Origin: a virus
Lineage: Duplodnaviria > Caudoviricetes
Length of the DNA stretch: 39,790 bases
IMG/VR virus record: IMGVR_UViG_3300032247_000920
Coordinates: 1 to 39,790 of that record
Strand: one strand, 5' to 3'
Position numbers and translations under genes: made by a program. Under the pieces are notes generated by a model that made no database searches, had not been told where the DNA came from, and was given only the letters and a program-made list of their open reading frames with translations. Below are positions 10,701 through 18,866 of this stretch, in pieces. Each line of letters opens with the position of its first letter. The stretch's first letter is position 1.

Positions 10701-11068
10701 CAGGGTTTGAACTTCCATTTATCAATGGTGCGGCTATGACAGCTTTAGATTATAATTTATCTACAAATACTTATTCTTCTGTGCCTAATGTTTTTAGTGG
10801 AGATTTGGATATAATACAATTTACAGGAAATAATTTAACAACACCTACCGGAAGCATTGTAAATATGATAGCATATACGGTAATTGGGCAAGTAGGCTAT
10901 CCATTCAATTCAATACCTAACGCATTGAATGTTTATATGAATGGTGCTTTATTGGTTGGTGGAACTGATTATACTTCAACAACAACAAGCTATACTTTAA
11001 CTGTTACACCATTAGATAATACTACAATTATGGGACAACAAACATTCGCTCGGTATGGAGCGGCATAA
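7757..11068 (+). CDS. Tail tip / central fibre protein (lambda gpJ-like)
   Basis: LPVVYG, PGDCFLDYLTSTRYGA and LELEAGDIVTVT motifs; C-terminal beta-rich modules. Confidence 0.88.
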   Translation: MSGLVSAITKAFAAFDPISFAIQMVASAILSKLLAPSPPSQAAQSAPDPNPGSRAQTPPAGNNKLPVVYGQAWTGGIITDLSITNDNQTLYYVFALSEVTNTESGSSVGSADEITFGDIYWGGKKCIFDGVDTTKVIALEDPSTNESQDISGYMNIYLYKNGSNAPANSTTSAITVMSDSNLTYQWDSTKLMTNCAFAIIQLKYSQSRNLIGLSATNFEIFNARKAPGDCFLDYLTSTRYGASIPLDNIDTTSLTALNVYSNETITYTPYSGGSATMKRFEYNGSLDTSQKLMKNIQSMADCCDCLVKYNEITGLWGVIVQTPTYTVAMDINDTNMIGPISISPIDISNSFNIIECKFPDGSQQDSFNAATFDLQEINPSLLFPNEPVNKQSVSLYLTNNSVTAQYIANRMLEAAREDLQIQCEINYIGLELEAGDIVTVTNVNYGWSAKLFRIMKVIEKFGDNGTVTATLSLSEYNPAIYDDYNVTSFIPANNSGLGSPVTFGTVYPPTIVAQYPTNTNPSFVLRIQTSSAGISDYAEIYYSAYQYPTDDQLIFAGTTAIQPVGVPYVVNTYMPDVTLTNIPTGDWYFFSRMVNSLASSNYSLASTVLVWRPTTFQYVEKYLSVAYADNITGTSNFNLNPRNRTYYGLANQTSTTPSTNPSDYSWYLADPTFATNKFLAYSNRTGRKFSFATDQAAYAAGTASFVPTTASLYDPSVWSALPDGLNIIDLDVRTGQLIGTGTTTTATGEIAIVNTADGQVVAALAKFLDFGGPSTFTGDATTLTIDVYGRVVGFSAADSFYMTINNFVATSGQTVFSVTRDAAYIVGQCLVYENGILLSQTDFTDASSSVTLSIGATVGANITVVSMRAISTSTYYDLMNMSVLSVASNVVTWNNANAPWDLIEIGDTVSFTNVGTPTHYTVTGVDYVNSQITFSSPVTSVVAGSRIYFYRAAGSSYRIFSRYTTNQTNASSYTPTLWSFDTGFELPFINGAAMTALDYNLSTNTYSSVPNVFSGDLDIIQFTGNNLTTPTGSIVNMIAYTVIGQVGYPFNSIPNALNVYMNGALLVGGTDYTSTTTSYTLTVTPLDNTTIMGQQTFARYGAA

Positions 11069-11077
11069 GGGGAAAAA

Positions 11078-12007
11078 ATGTCAAACGCTTTTAACTTATC
11101 TCAACTAGCAAATAATACTAACTCAACAGGGCAGGTATCTTTAACCGCTGGTGTAACAGGAACATTGCCAATTGCCAATGGTGGCACAAATTCAACTGCA
11201 ACAGCAACCGCTGGAGGAGTAGGTTACGGAACTGGAACTGCTAATGCTTATACTGCAGCAGGCACATCAGGTCAAGCATTAATATCAGCTGCGGCTAATG
11301 CACCATCTTTTGGAACTCTTGGCGTCTCAGGTGGCGGAACTGGTTTGACTTCAGTAGGAACATCAGGTTATGTAATGACATCTAATGGAAGTGCTTTTTT
11401 AATGGCGGCAGCAGCCGGAGGTAGTGCAGTAAATATATATAGACAAGTATTTGCATCATCAGGATCGTGGACTGCGCCAACAGGAGTTACAAAAGTAATT
11501 GTATGGGCTTCAGGTGGTGGTTCAGGTGGTGTTAGATGGGGCGGTGGAATTACTGGTATACCCGGTGGACTTGGTGGTCAAGGAGTAGCTATTGTAACAG
11601 TAACTCCCGGCACTACATATACAATAACAATAGGTGCTGGCACTAATGCCGCTGGAATTTCAGGTTGCAATGGGGGAACATCTACAGCGGGTGGAACAAC
11701 TTCATTTAGTTCTTTAGTAACTGCTACAGGCGGTACTTCAAGTGCATATGGACCGGGTTATTATACTGGAGGCACACAAGGAACTTTTACAACAACAGGA
11801 ACATATTTAAATAAAGTAAATTCTCAATCTGCATTTACAGGTATTGCAACAAATACTAGCTCTACAAATGTAGCTTACAATCCATCTGCTACAAATGCTA
11901 GTTATTATACTGCTGGCGCAGCCGGTGATGGTGGTGGAAATTGCAGTATTGGAGCATATGGATATGGCGGCACAGGCGGTGCAGTTTTAATTCAATATGT
12001 AGGATAA
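11078..12007 (+). CDS. Tail fibre with C-terminal glycine-rich domain
   Basis: GTLPIANGGT repeats; FASSGSWTAPTGVTKVIVWASGGGSGG...GAVLIQY domain. Confidence 0.82.
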   Translation: MSNAFNLSQLANNTNSTGQVSLTAGVTGTLPIANGGTNSTATATAGGVGYGTGTANAYTAAGTSGQALISAAANAPSFGTLGVSGGGTGLTSVGTSGYVMTSNGSAFLMAAAAGGSAVNIYRQVFASSGSWTAPTGVTKVIVWASGGGSGGVRWGGGITGIPGGLGGQGVAIVTVTPGTTYTITIGAGTNAAGISGCNGGTSTAGGTTSFSSLVTATGGTSSAYGPGYYTGGTQGTFTTTGTYLNKVNSQSAFTGIATNTSSTNVAYNPSATNASYYTAGAAGDGGGNCSIGAYGYGGTGGAVLIQYVG

Positions 12008-12016
12008 GGAGATAAT

Positions 12017-12307
12017 ATGAAAGCATTAATTGATCCAAATGAATCAAAAAAAACAGGCTATAGAGTTTGTCAAATACATGAAACAGGATTTGAAGTTTGT
12101 GATCCTTTATTTTGGGTAGATTGTGATGATACAATTATTGCAGATTTATACTGGTTTAATCCTATTGATAATTCATTTAATAAATTTTCAATAGAAGAAT
12201 TAAATGAAAACGGAATAAATAAAATTAATAAACAAGTATCATATATTAATCAAACAGGTCAAGCATCAGCAAATCAACCTACAACAATAGGAATACAAAC
12301 TATATGA
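12017..12307 (+). CDS. Hypothetical, possible tail fibre assembly protein
   Basis: AAGGAG RBS; follows the fibre gene; LFWVDCDD motif. Confidence 0.55.
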   Translation: MKALIDPNESKKTGYRVCQIHETGFEVCDPLFWVDCDDTIIADLYWFNPIDNSFNKFSIEELNENGINKINKQVSYINQTGQASANQPTTIGIQTI

Positions 12308-12582
12308 TAGCTTTAGAACCGCAACATATTTTTAATTATAATGGTGTGATCTCAAGTGTATATCATGCGTCTAAAAATGAAGGACTGCCTAAACATCAAC
12401 ATATTTGGTCACACGCTACTATTTGTCATAATGGTTCTTGTATTATAAGAATGGAAGGTAAAGAAAAAGTAATAGATAAACACAGCGGTGCTTTTAATTT
12501 ACCAGCTAATAAATGGCATGAAATTGAAGCTTTGGAAGATGATACAGTTTTTGTAAATGTATTTTCTGAAAATAAGTTTTAA
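12304..12582 (+). CDS. Cupin-fold protein
   Basis: LPKHQHIWSHATICHNG and LPANKWHEIEALEDDTVFVNVF cupin motifs. Confidence 0.82.
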   Translation: MIALEPQHIFNYNGVISSVYHASKNEGLPKHQHIWSHATICHNGSCIIRMEGKEKVIDKHSGAFNLPANKWHEIEALEDDTVFVNVFSENKF

Positions 12583-12593
12583 CAAAGTATAAT
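12564..12593 (+). promoter_or_regulatory. Putative sigma70-like promoter for the fibre/glycosylation module
   Basis: TTCTGA-N18-TATAAT (perfect -10 at 12588-12593) in one of the few intergenic gaps; AT-richness lowers specificity. Confidence 0.45.
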
Positions 12594-12658
12594 ATAAGAC
12601 ATAATTATCGCATTGCGTCAGAAAGATGCTTGCGTCATTTACCTAGTTAGGAAAAATT

Positions 12659-13138
12659 ATGGCTATCTTTAATAAAAACACACTTCGTCAAGTGTCGGGC
12701 TTTGATAATCAAATCATTGCTGGCGAGCTTGTCTATAACCAATCTACTTATTGGAATCTTACGCTTGAAAGCGAAGGTTTACCTATTGATTTAACTGATG
12801 CTACTATTGATGCATCTATTATTCGCAGACAATTAAGCAATATTCATGATAGTCGTTATGGTCTTACTTTTGACATAGCAGATTACACACCACCACCTGA
12901 ACCCGTTTCATTATCTATTGTAAATTTAGATGAAGCCGCAGGCACTTTTACTTTAGTGATTGATGAATCAGCTTGGGGTGTTATAGATAATGATCCACAA
13001 CTCGACATTAATGCTGAAAATTGTGTAGGCTTTAGTGGTCGTATTAAAATTAGCTTTCCAGCTAGTGGTTTAGACCCTGCTCAAGATTTAATTATATTTC
13101 TTTTATTTTTAGTAAGATCAGACGGAGTGGTAAATTAA
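12659..13138 (+). CDS. Structural adaptor protein (BppU-N-like), possible fibre attachment protein
   Basis: PIDLTDATIDASIIR...GTFTLVID pattern; abuts the fibre gene. Confidence 0.5.
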   Translation: MAIFNKNTLRQVSGFDNQIIAGELVYNQSTYWNLTLESEGLPIDLTDATIDASIIRRQLSNIHDSRYGLTFDIADYTPPPEPVSLSIVNLDEAAGTFTLVIDESAWGVIDNDPQLDINAENCVGFSGRIKISFPASGLDPAQDLIIFLLFLVRSDGVVN

Positions 13139-16100
13139 ATGGGAACGATTAATACAACAATTCAATCAGCCGCAGAAATTACATTATCCGTTGATCGTGG
13201 TTTATATGGTCCAAGCGGAACATCAGGCTATTCAGGCTACAGCGGATTCAGTGGATTAGGTGGAATAGGTTACTCAGGATATAGCGGAAAAAGCGGATAT
13301 AGCGGATACAGTGGAACTAATGGAGAAAGCGGATATAGCGGTTTTTCAGGCTACAGCGGAGATAGCGGATTATCAGGATATTCAGGAAGTGGTGAAAGTG
13401 GATATAGCGGATTCAGCGGCTACAGTGGACAACAAGGAACTTCAATTAATGTAATTGGAACTGTTCCTACGCCAGAAGATTTACCAGTTTCAGGAAGCCT
13501 TAATGATGCATACATTGTAGAATCAAATGGTGATTTATATGTATGGACAGGTTCAGCTTGGACTAATGTTGGTCAAATTGTAGGTCCAACTGGCGAATCA
13601 GGCATCAGCGGATTTAGTGGTTATAGCGGACAACAAGGCGATAGCGGCTATTCAGGTGAAAAAGGTGATAGCGGATATTCAGGTCAAGATGGTCAATCGG
13701 GTTATAGCGGACAAGATGGTCAATCAGGATTCAGCGGAGAATCGGGCTATAGTGGCTACAGTGGCGAATCAATTAGTGGAGAAAGTGGCTACAGTGGAGA
13801 ATCAGGCTATTCAGGTTATAGCGGAGAATCTATAAGCGGAGAATCAGGATACAGTGGTTATAGTGGTCAAGATGGTCAATCAGGATTTAGTGGTCAAGAT
13901 GGACAGTCAGGTTTCAGCGGCTACAGCGGACAAGATGGATTGTCAGGAGATTCAGGTTATAGTGGATACAGCGGTGAATCAATACAAGGTGATTCAGGAT
14001 ATAGCGGCTACAGCGGTGAAAGTGGTTATAGTGGCGAAGTAGGAACTTCGGGCTATAGCGGTTTCAGCGGACAAAAAGGCGATAGCGGCATTTCAGGTTA
14101 TAGCGGAGTAAATGGTTTAAGCGGCTATAGTGGAATTAATGGCTACAGCGGGATATCAGGTTTCAGCGGAATATCAGGTTATAGTGGATATTCAGGCGAA
14201 TCTATTCAAGGTGATTCAGGATATTCAGGTTATAGCGGACAGGACGGACAATCGGGCGATAGCGGATTTAGTGGCGATTCAGGAATCAGTGGCTACTCGG
14301 GCTATAGCGGAGAGCAAGGATTTTCAGGATATTCAGGATTCAGCGGATACAGTGGTGAATCAATCAGCGGAGATTCAGGATACAGTGGTTATAGCGGAGA
14401 ATCGGGCTATTCAGGAACAGTAGGAGAAAGTGGTTATTCAGGAATCAGCGGTTATAGCGGCGATAGCGGAATATCGGGCTATAGTGGCGACAGCGGATAT
14501 AGTGGAATAAATGGACTATCAGGCTATTCAGGTCAAGATGGCGCATCAGGCGAATCGGGTTATAGCGGTTGGAGCGGAGAAGTAGGCGAATCAGGCATCA
14601 GCGGATTCAGCGGAAAATCAGGATTTAGTGGCTACAGCGGGGAAGTAGGAACTAGCGGCTACAGTGGTTTTAGTGGATACAGCGGAGAAGTTGGAGCATC
14701 AGGCGATTCAGGATTTAGTGGATGGTCGGGCGAAGTAGGAGCATCAGGAATTTCAGGATTTAGTGGCTATAGTGGCGAAAGCGGATATAGTGGAATCAGC
14801 GGATTCAGCGGAATATCAGGATATAGCGGTTATTCAGGCGAAGTAGGAGCTACAGGCGGATCATCAAGTTTATTTTTATATCAAGCTAGAACTACTTCAT
14901 ATATTGGTCAGCCAGCTAATGGTCATTTATTATGGAATAATGTAGGTCAAATTATTTCAACTCAAATTAATATCAGTCATTTAACTGATGACAATATTGA
15001 TATTGATATTTTCTTGGCTGGACTAGATCAAACAGAGCAATTTATTATTCAAGATAGAAATGTAAGCTCAAACAATCAAGTATGGTTAATAACAGGTGCA
15101 ACAACAAATATCAATGCTGGCACTTCTAATAGTTATTGGACTGTTCCTGTATCTTTAGTTTCATCTAGTGGCACAGGCACGACAGGATTTACAAACAATC
15201 AACAATTATTTTTAGCAATCATTAATGGTATATCAGGCTATTCAGGATTCAGTGGTTATAGTGGATACAGCGGAGAGCAAGGAACATCAGGATATAGCGG
15301 ATACTCTGGTTTCAGCGGATTAAAAGGAGATGATGGAACTAGCGGATATTCAGGCTACAGCGGTTATTCAGGATTGGTTGGAGATAGCGGTTATAGTGGA
15401 ATCAGCGGATGGTCAGGAATCAGCGGTTATAGTGGCGCTGTAGGGCAATCAGGTTTCAGCGGATTTAGTGGTCAAGTAGGAACTCCGGGTCTTTCAGGCT
15501 ATAGCGGCTATAGCGGATATAGTGGATTGAAAGGTGATTCAGGATTTTCAGGAATCAATGGCGCAAGCGGAATCAGCGGATATAGTGGAGCTCAAGGTTT
15601 TTCAGGCATCAGTGGATATAGCGGATTCAGCGGAGCTGTTGGACAGTCAGGTTATAGCGGAATCAATGGCACATCAGGATATAGCGGCTATAGCGGAGCT
15701 GTTGGAATAAGTGGCTACAGTGGTTTTAGTGGAGCTGTTGGAACTAGCGGATTTAGTGGCTATTCAGGTGCCAACGGAGCAAGCGGAATTAGCGGATATT
15801 CAGGAACTAACGGAACTAATGGAGCATCAGGTATCAGTGGTTATTCAGGATATTCAGGTTCAGGAATAAGTGGTTATTCAGGTTATTCAGGAAGCGGTGT
15901 ATCAGGATTTAGCGGTTTTAGTGGAGCGCAAGGTCTATCAGGCTATAGCGGAATTAACGGAACATCAGGTATCAGCGGATTCAGCGGAGCTAATGGTGTG
16001 TCGGGCTATAGTGGTTATAGTGGAAGTGGTATCAGCGGTTATTCAGGATACAGTGGATCAGGCTTAAGCGGATTTTCAGGATTCTCTGGATATAGTGGCG

Positions 16101-16327
16101 TAGCATCTAGCATTACAAGTAAAATGATATATGATCAATTTACTTCAACTGCTTCTCAAACAACATTTACAACATCTGCAACATATACTTCAGGCAAAAT
16201 TGAAGTATTTTTACAAGGTGTTAAAATGATAAATGGTGTTGATGTAACTGTAACTTCAGGAACTAGCGTGGTATTTGGAACAGCATTGGCAATATCACAA
16301 AGGGTTGATTTAGTGTATCCAATTTAA
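13139..16327 (+). CDS. Collagen-like Gly-X-Ser repeat fibre protein, 1062 aa
   Basis: Three long (GXS)n tracts separated by globular domains, seen directly in the translation. Confidence 0.9.
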   Translation: MGTINTTIQSAAEITLSVDRGLYGPSGTSGYSGYSGFSGLGGIGYSGYSGKSGYSGYSGTNGESGYSGFSGYSGDSGLSGYSGSGESGYSGFSGYSGQQGTSINVIGTVPTPEDLPVSGSLNDAYIVESNGDLYVWTGSAWTNVGQIVGPTGESGISGFSGYSGQQGDSGYSGEKGDSGYSGQDGQSGYSGQDGQSGFSGESGYSGYSGESISGESGYSGESGYSGYSGESISGESGYSGYSGQDGQSGFSGQDGQSGFSGYSGQDGLSGDSGYSGYSGESIQGDSGYSGYSGESGYSGEVGTSGYSGFSGQKGDSGISGYSGVNGLSGYSGINGYSGISGFSGISGYSGYSGESIQGDSGYSGYSGQDGQSGDSGFSGDSGISGYSGYSGEQGFSGYSGFSGYSGESISGDSGYSGYSGESGYSGTVGESGYSGISGYSGDSGISGYSGDSGYSGINGLSGYSGQDGASGESGYSGWSGEVGESGISGFSGKSGFSGYSGEVGTSGYSGFSGYSGEVGASGDSGFSGWSGEVGASGISGFSGYSGESGYSGISGFSGISGYSGYSGEVGATGGSSSLFLYQARTTSYIGQPANGHLLWNNVGQIISTQINISHLTDDNIDIDIFLAGLDQTEQFIIQDRNVSSNNQVWLITGATTNINAGTSNSYWTVPVSLVSSSGTGTTGFTNNQQLFLAIINGISGYSGFSGYSGYSGEQGTSGYSGYSGFSGLKGDDGTSGYSGYSGYSGLVGDSGYSGISGWSGISGYSGAVGQSGFSGFSGQVGTPGLSGYSGYSGYSGLKGDSGFSGINGASGISGYSGAQGFSGISGYSGFSGAVGQSGYSGINGTSGYSGYSGAVGISGYSGFSGAVGTSGFSGYSGANGASGISGYSGTNGTNGASGISGYSGYSGSGISGYSGYSGSGVSGFSGFSGAQGLSGYSGINGTSGISGFSGANGVSGYSGYSGSGISGYSGYSGSGLSGFSGFSGYSGVASSITSKMIYDQFTSTASQTTFTTSATYTSGKIEVFLQGVKMINGVDVTVTSGTSVVFGTALAISQRVDLVYPI
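13214..16100 (+). repeat. Degenerate 9-bp coding repeats (SGY/SGF/SGE/SGD/SGI) in three tracts, about 13214-13438, 13592-14860 and 15226-16100
   Basis: Recurring AGCGGA/TCAGGA/AGTGGA units with synonymous variation. Confidence 0.9.
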
Positions 16328-16336
16328 AGGACAATA

Positions 16337-16966
16337 ATGGACAAGACAACACAAGATGCTTTAGCATATTTTAAAAAGCATGATTTAAATTATTATAGAT
16401 TTTTATTAACAAATAATTATGAACGAGCGGTTTTTTTAAAAGGCGATCCAGTCTTTCCTAGAGAAGCCACTCGTTATCTTTGGGCTAACCGCAATCTTTT
16501 AGGTAGAAATATTTTAGAGATTGGTTGTTCAACAGGTTATGGCCATCAATTTTTTCCAAATGATGCAAATTATCTAGGTTTAGACTACGATCCTGTTATT
16601 ATTGGGGTCGCAAACGAACAGCAATGGGGTTTAAACGCATCTTTTGTTCATGCCGATATAAACACCTACCCGCTTGAACAATACGATACCATAATTGCTT
16701 TTGAATTGATTGAGCATCTTGATAATGGCCTTGAAATAGCACAAAAACTCAAACAACATTGCAAACGACTTTTATTGACAACGCCACACAATGAGCCTGT
16801 AGGATTTTGGGGTGAACATCATAAACTTCATGAATTAAATGAATCGCACTTTCCTGATTTTAAATATGAATATATTAATGAAGAAGGTTATGTGTCAAAA
16901 GAACCTGCTGAAATAAAAGAAGGAAATAGATTTAACCTTATAATTATGAGGTGGGATCATGAGTAG
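16337..16966 (+). CDS. Class I SAM-dependent methyltransferase (small-molecule/sugar type)
   Basis: ILEIGCSTGYG motif I, YLGLD, YDTIIAFELIEHL, LLLTTP. Confidence 0.9.
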   Translation: MDKTTQDALAYFKKHDLNYYRFLLTNNYERAVFLKGDPVFPREATRYLWANRNLLGRNILEIGCSTGYGHQFFPNDANYLGLDYDPVIIGVANEQQWGLNASFVHADINTYPLEQYDTIIAFELIEHLDNGLEIAQKLKQHCKRLLLTTPHNEPVGFWGEHHKLHELNESHFPDFKYEYINEEGYVSKEPAEIKEGNRFNLIIMRWDHE

Positions 16967-17927
16967 CATTTTATGTTCAATATCTACAAGGGGTCGCTAC
17001 GATACAACCCTTCCTTTAGCACTTCAAGCTATTTTAAATCAAACAAAACTTCCCAATGCAATTATTATTTATGATGACAATAATGATTCTCGTGATGTAA
17101 GGGGTGAATTATTTTATGATTATTTTTTTAAAATATGTGAAATAAAAAATATTAAATGGGAATGGGTTTTTGCTGAAAAAAAAGGTCAACATCACAACCA
17201 TCAAAAAGCTAATGAAAATAAATTTGAATGGGTGTGGCGCATTGATGATGATTGCATTCCTGAACCTAATGTTCTTGAAAATTTATATTTACATACTAAC
17301 TTAAATGTGGGAGCTGTCGGAGGATCAATTTTAACATTGCCATATTTACCCGACATTTCTAAATCCACAGGCAAAATTAAAGACATTGATTCAGAGCCTA
17401 ATATTCAATGGAATTACATTAAAGAAGCAAAAGAAGTTGAACATCTTCATTGTTCATTTTTATATAAAGCTGGTATTCATGATTATAATCTTGGTTTGTC
17501 AAGAGTAGCACATAGAGAAGAAACATTATTTACTTATGGATTATATTTAAAAGGCTATAAAATTCTTGTTGTTCCGAATGCTACAAGTTGGCATCTTAAA
17601 AATCCACAAGGCGGAATCAGAGCTGAAACAAGTAAAGAAATGTATGAACATGATGAATTGATTTTTAGAAACACATTAGCTTACAAAAATAAAAAAATTG
17701 TCGTGCTTAATTGTGGTATGGGCGATCACATAGTATTTAGTCATGTATTGCCTGAAATAAAAAATGCAGAAGTATTTACTTGTTTTCCTGAAATAATTCC
17801 CGGAAGATCATTGTCAGAAGCCAAATCTTTATTTGGTGCTATAGACGAGTGGAGCATATATAAAAAAATGAAACAATGGGAATGGACTGACAGTCTTGAA
17901 AATGCTTTTAGGAAAATGTATTTATGA
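16959..17927 (+). CDS. GT2-family glycosyltransferase with C-terminal GT9-like N-lobe
   Basis: ISTRGR...IIIYDD, WRIDDDCIP (DxD), HREE; tail KIVVLNCGMGDHIVF. Confidence 0.88.
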   Translation: MSSILCSISTRGRYDTTLPLALQAILNQTKLPNAIIIYDDNNDSRDVRGELFYDYFFKICEIKNIKWEWVFAEKKGQHHNHQKANENKFEWVWRIDDDCIPEPNVLENLYLHTNLNVGAVGGSILTLPYLPDISKSTGKIKDIDSEPNIQWNYIKEAKEVEHLHCSFLYKAGIHDYNLGLSRVAHREETLFTYGLYLKGYKILVVPNATSWHLKNPQGGIRAETSKEMYEHDELIFRNTLAYKNKKIVVLNCGMGDHIVFSHVLPEIKNAEVFTCFPEIIPGRSLSEAKSLFGAIDEWSIYKKMKQWEWTDSLENAFRKMYL

Positions 17928-18367
17928 TTATTATTAGCCCTTATGCTAAAGCTTTAAGAAGCGGAAAACAAAATGCAAAAAATTATCCTTATTGGAAAGA
18001 ATTGATTGCATTAATTAAAGAACCTATTATTCAAGTTGGCGTTGAAGGTGAGGAGCAATTGGTTCCTGATTTTAGAAAAAATTTATCTTTAAAAGAGCTT
18101 GAAAATCTTATTAATGAATGCAGAACATGGATAAGTTGCGATTCTTTTCTTCAACATTTCGCTTGGGATAAGAAAAAATATGGTATAGTATTGTGGTCTG
18201 TTTCTGATCCTTTGATATTTGGACATCCTGAAAATATCAATCTTATAAAGGATAGGAAAAATTTGCGTGAAAATCAATTTTTATGGTGGGAAGAAACAGA
18301 TCATGATGCAAATAAATTTGTTAATCCTGAAGTAGTAATAGAAAGTTTAAATGCAAACTTCCCATGA
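17924..18367 (+). CDS. GT9 (heptosyltransferase-like) C-terminal lobe
   Basis: KNYPYWKELI and LSLKEL...ISCDSFLQHFA match the GT9 K.W/DSG..H signature. Confidence 0.8.
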   Translation: MIIISPYAKALRSGKQNAKNYPYWKELIALIKEPIIQVGVEGEEQLVPDFRKNLSLKELENLINECRTWISCDSFLQHFAWDKKKYGIVLWSVSDPLIFGHPENINLIKDRKNLRENQFLWWEETDHDANKFVNPEVVIESLNANFP

Positions 18368-18539
18368 AACCATTGATGACATCTTCAATTTTCTACAAAA
18401 TAAAACAATCAAAGATATTGGCTCCGATTTTTTTGATAATAAACATTACTTGGTTGTTTTATTATCTGATGGCTCTATTGCTTATATATCTAGCAATGAC
18501 AGTTTTTATCTCGCTATTGAAAGGCATCTTATTAATTAG
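18351..18539 (+). CDS. Hypothetical protein
   Basis: 62-aa ORF filling the gap to the next gene. Confidence 0.55.
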   Translation: MQTSHETIDDIFNFLQNKTIKDIGSDFFDNKHYLVVLLSDGSIAYISSNDSFYLAIERHLIN

Positions 18540-18553
18540 TAGAAAGAAATAAT

Positions 18554-18712
18554 ATGGATATGCAAGAACACACGAAACATGTATTAGATACAGTTTCGGG
18601 AATTACGGCTTTTGGCGCAATCATGAAATTTTTACCAGCAATAGCCGCATTACTTTCAATCATTTGGTATTGCATTAGAATTTATGAATGGGCTCGTTCT
18701 AAATTTAAATAA
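18554..18712 (+). CDS. Small membrane protein, probable holin (52 aa, not in ORF track)
   Basis: MDMQEHTKHVLDTVSGITAFGAIMKFLPAIAALLSIIWYCIRIYEWARSKFK: hydrophobic segments, basic C-terminus, Met1/Met3. Confidence 0.65.
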   Translation: MDMQEHTKHVLDTVSGITAFGAIMKFLPAIAALLSIIWYCIRIYEWARSKFK

Positions 18713-18787
18713 TGATTTTCATGATGTTTTAAAACACAATGTAGCTCATAATTGAATAGCAATATTTTATTAATTAAGGAGTTTATT

Positions 18788-18859
18788 ATGTGGACAACAC
18801 CATCAGCTACAGAAATGCGTTTTGGATTTGAAGTTACTATGTATGTAATGAATAAGTAA
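18788..18859 (+). CDS. pqqA: Pyrroloquinoline quinone precursor peptide PqqA (23 aa, not in ORF track)
   Basis: MWTTPSATEMRFGFEVTMYVMNK: W..P....RFGFEVTMY with the E-X3-Y core; AAGGAG RBS at 18776-18781. Confidence 0.95.
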   Translation: MWTTPSATEMRFGFEVTMYVMNK

Positions 18860-18866
18860 TACAATT

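Noticed and set aside
13617-16067. Alternative-frame ORFs inside the fibre gene (13617, 13854, 14130, 15870)
   Set aside because: By-products of the 9-bp coding periodicity, with no RBS or independent signal
13139-16327. Ice-nucleation protein
   Set aside because: Lacks the AGYGSTxT 8/16/48-residue periodicity and TxT motifs; the period here is 3
7757-16327. Diversity-generating retroelement or invertible tail-fibre cassette
   Set aside because: No reverse transcriptase, invertase or TR/VR pair seen
16337-16966. DNA methyltransferase partner for the TET/JBP enzyme
   Set aside because: No PC/ENV or DPPY/NPPY motifs; the FELIEHL signature and context indicate a small-molecule or sugar methyltransferase
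17910-17930. Programmed frameshift fusing GT2 and the GT9 C-lobe
   Set aside because: No canonical slippery heptamer; the ATGA overlap fits translational coupling
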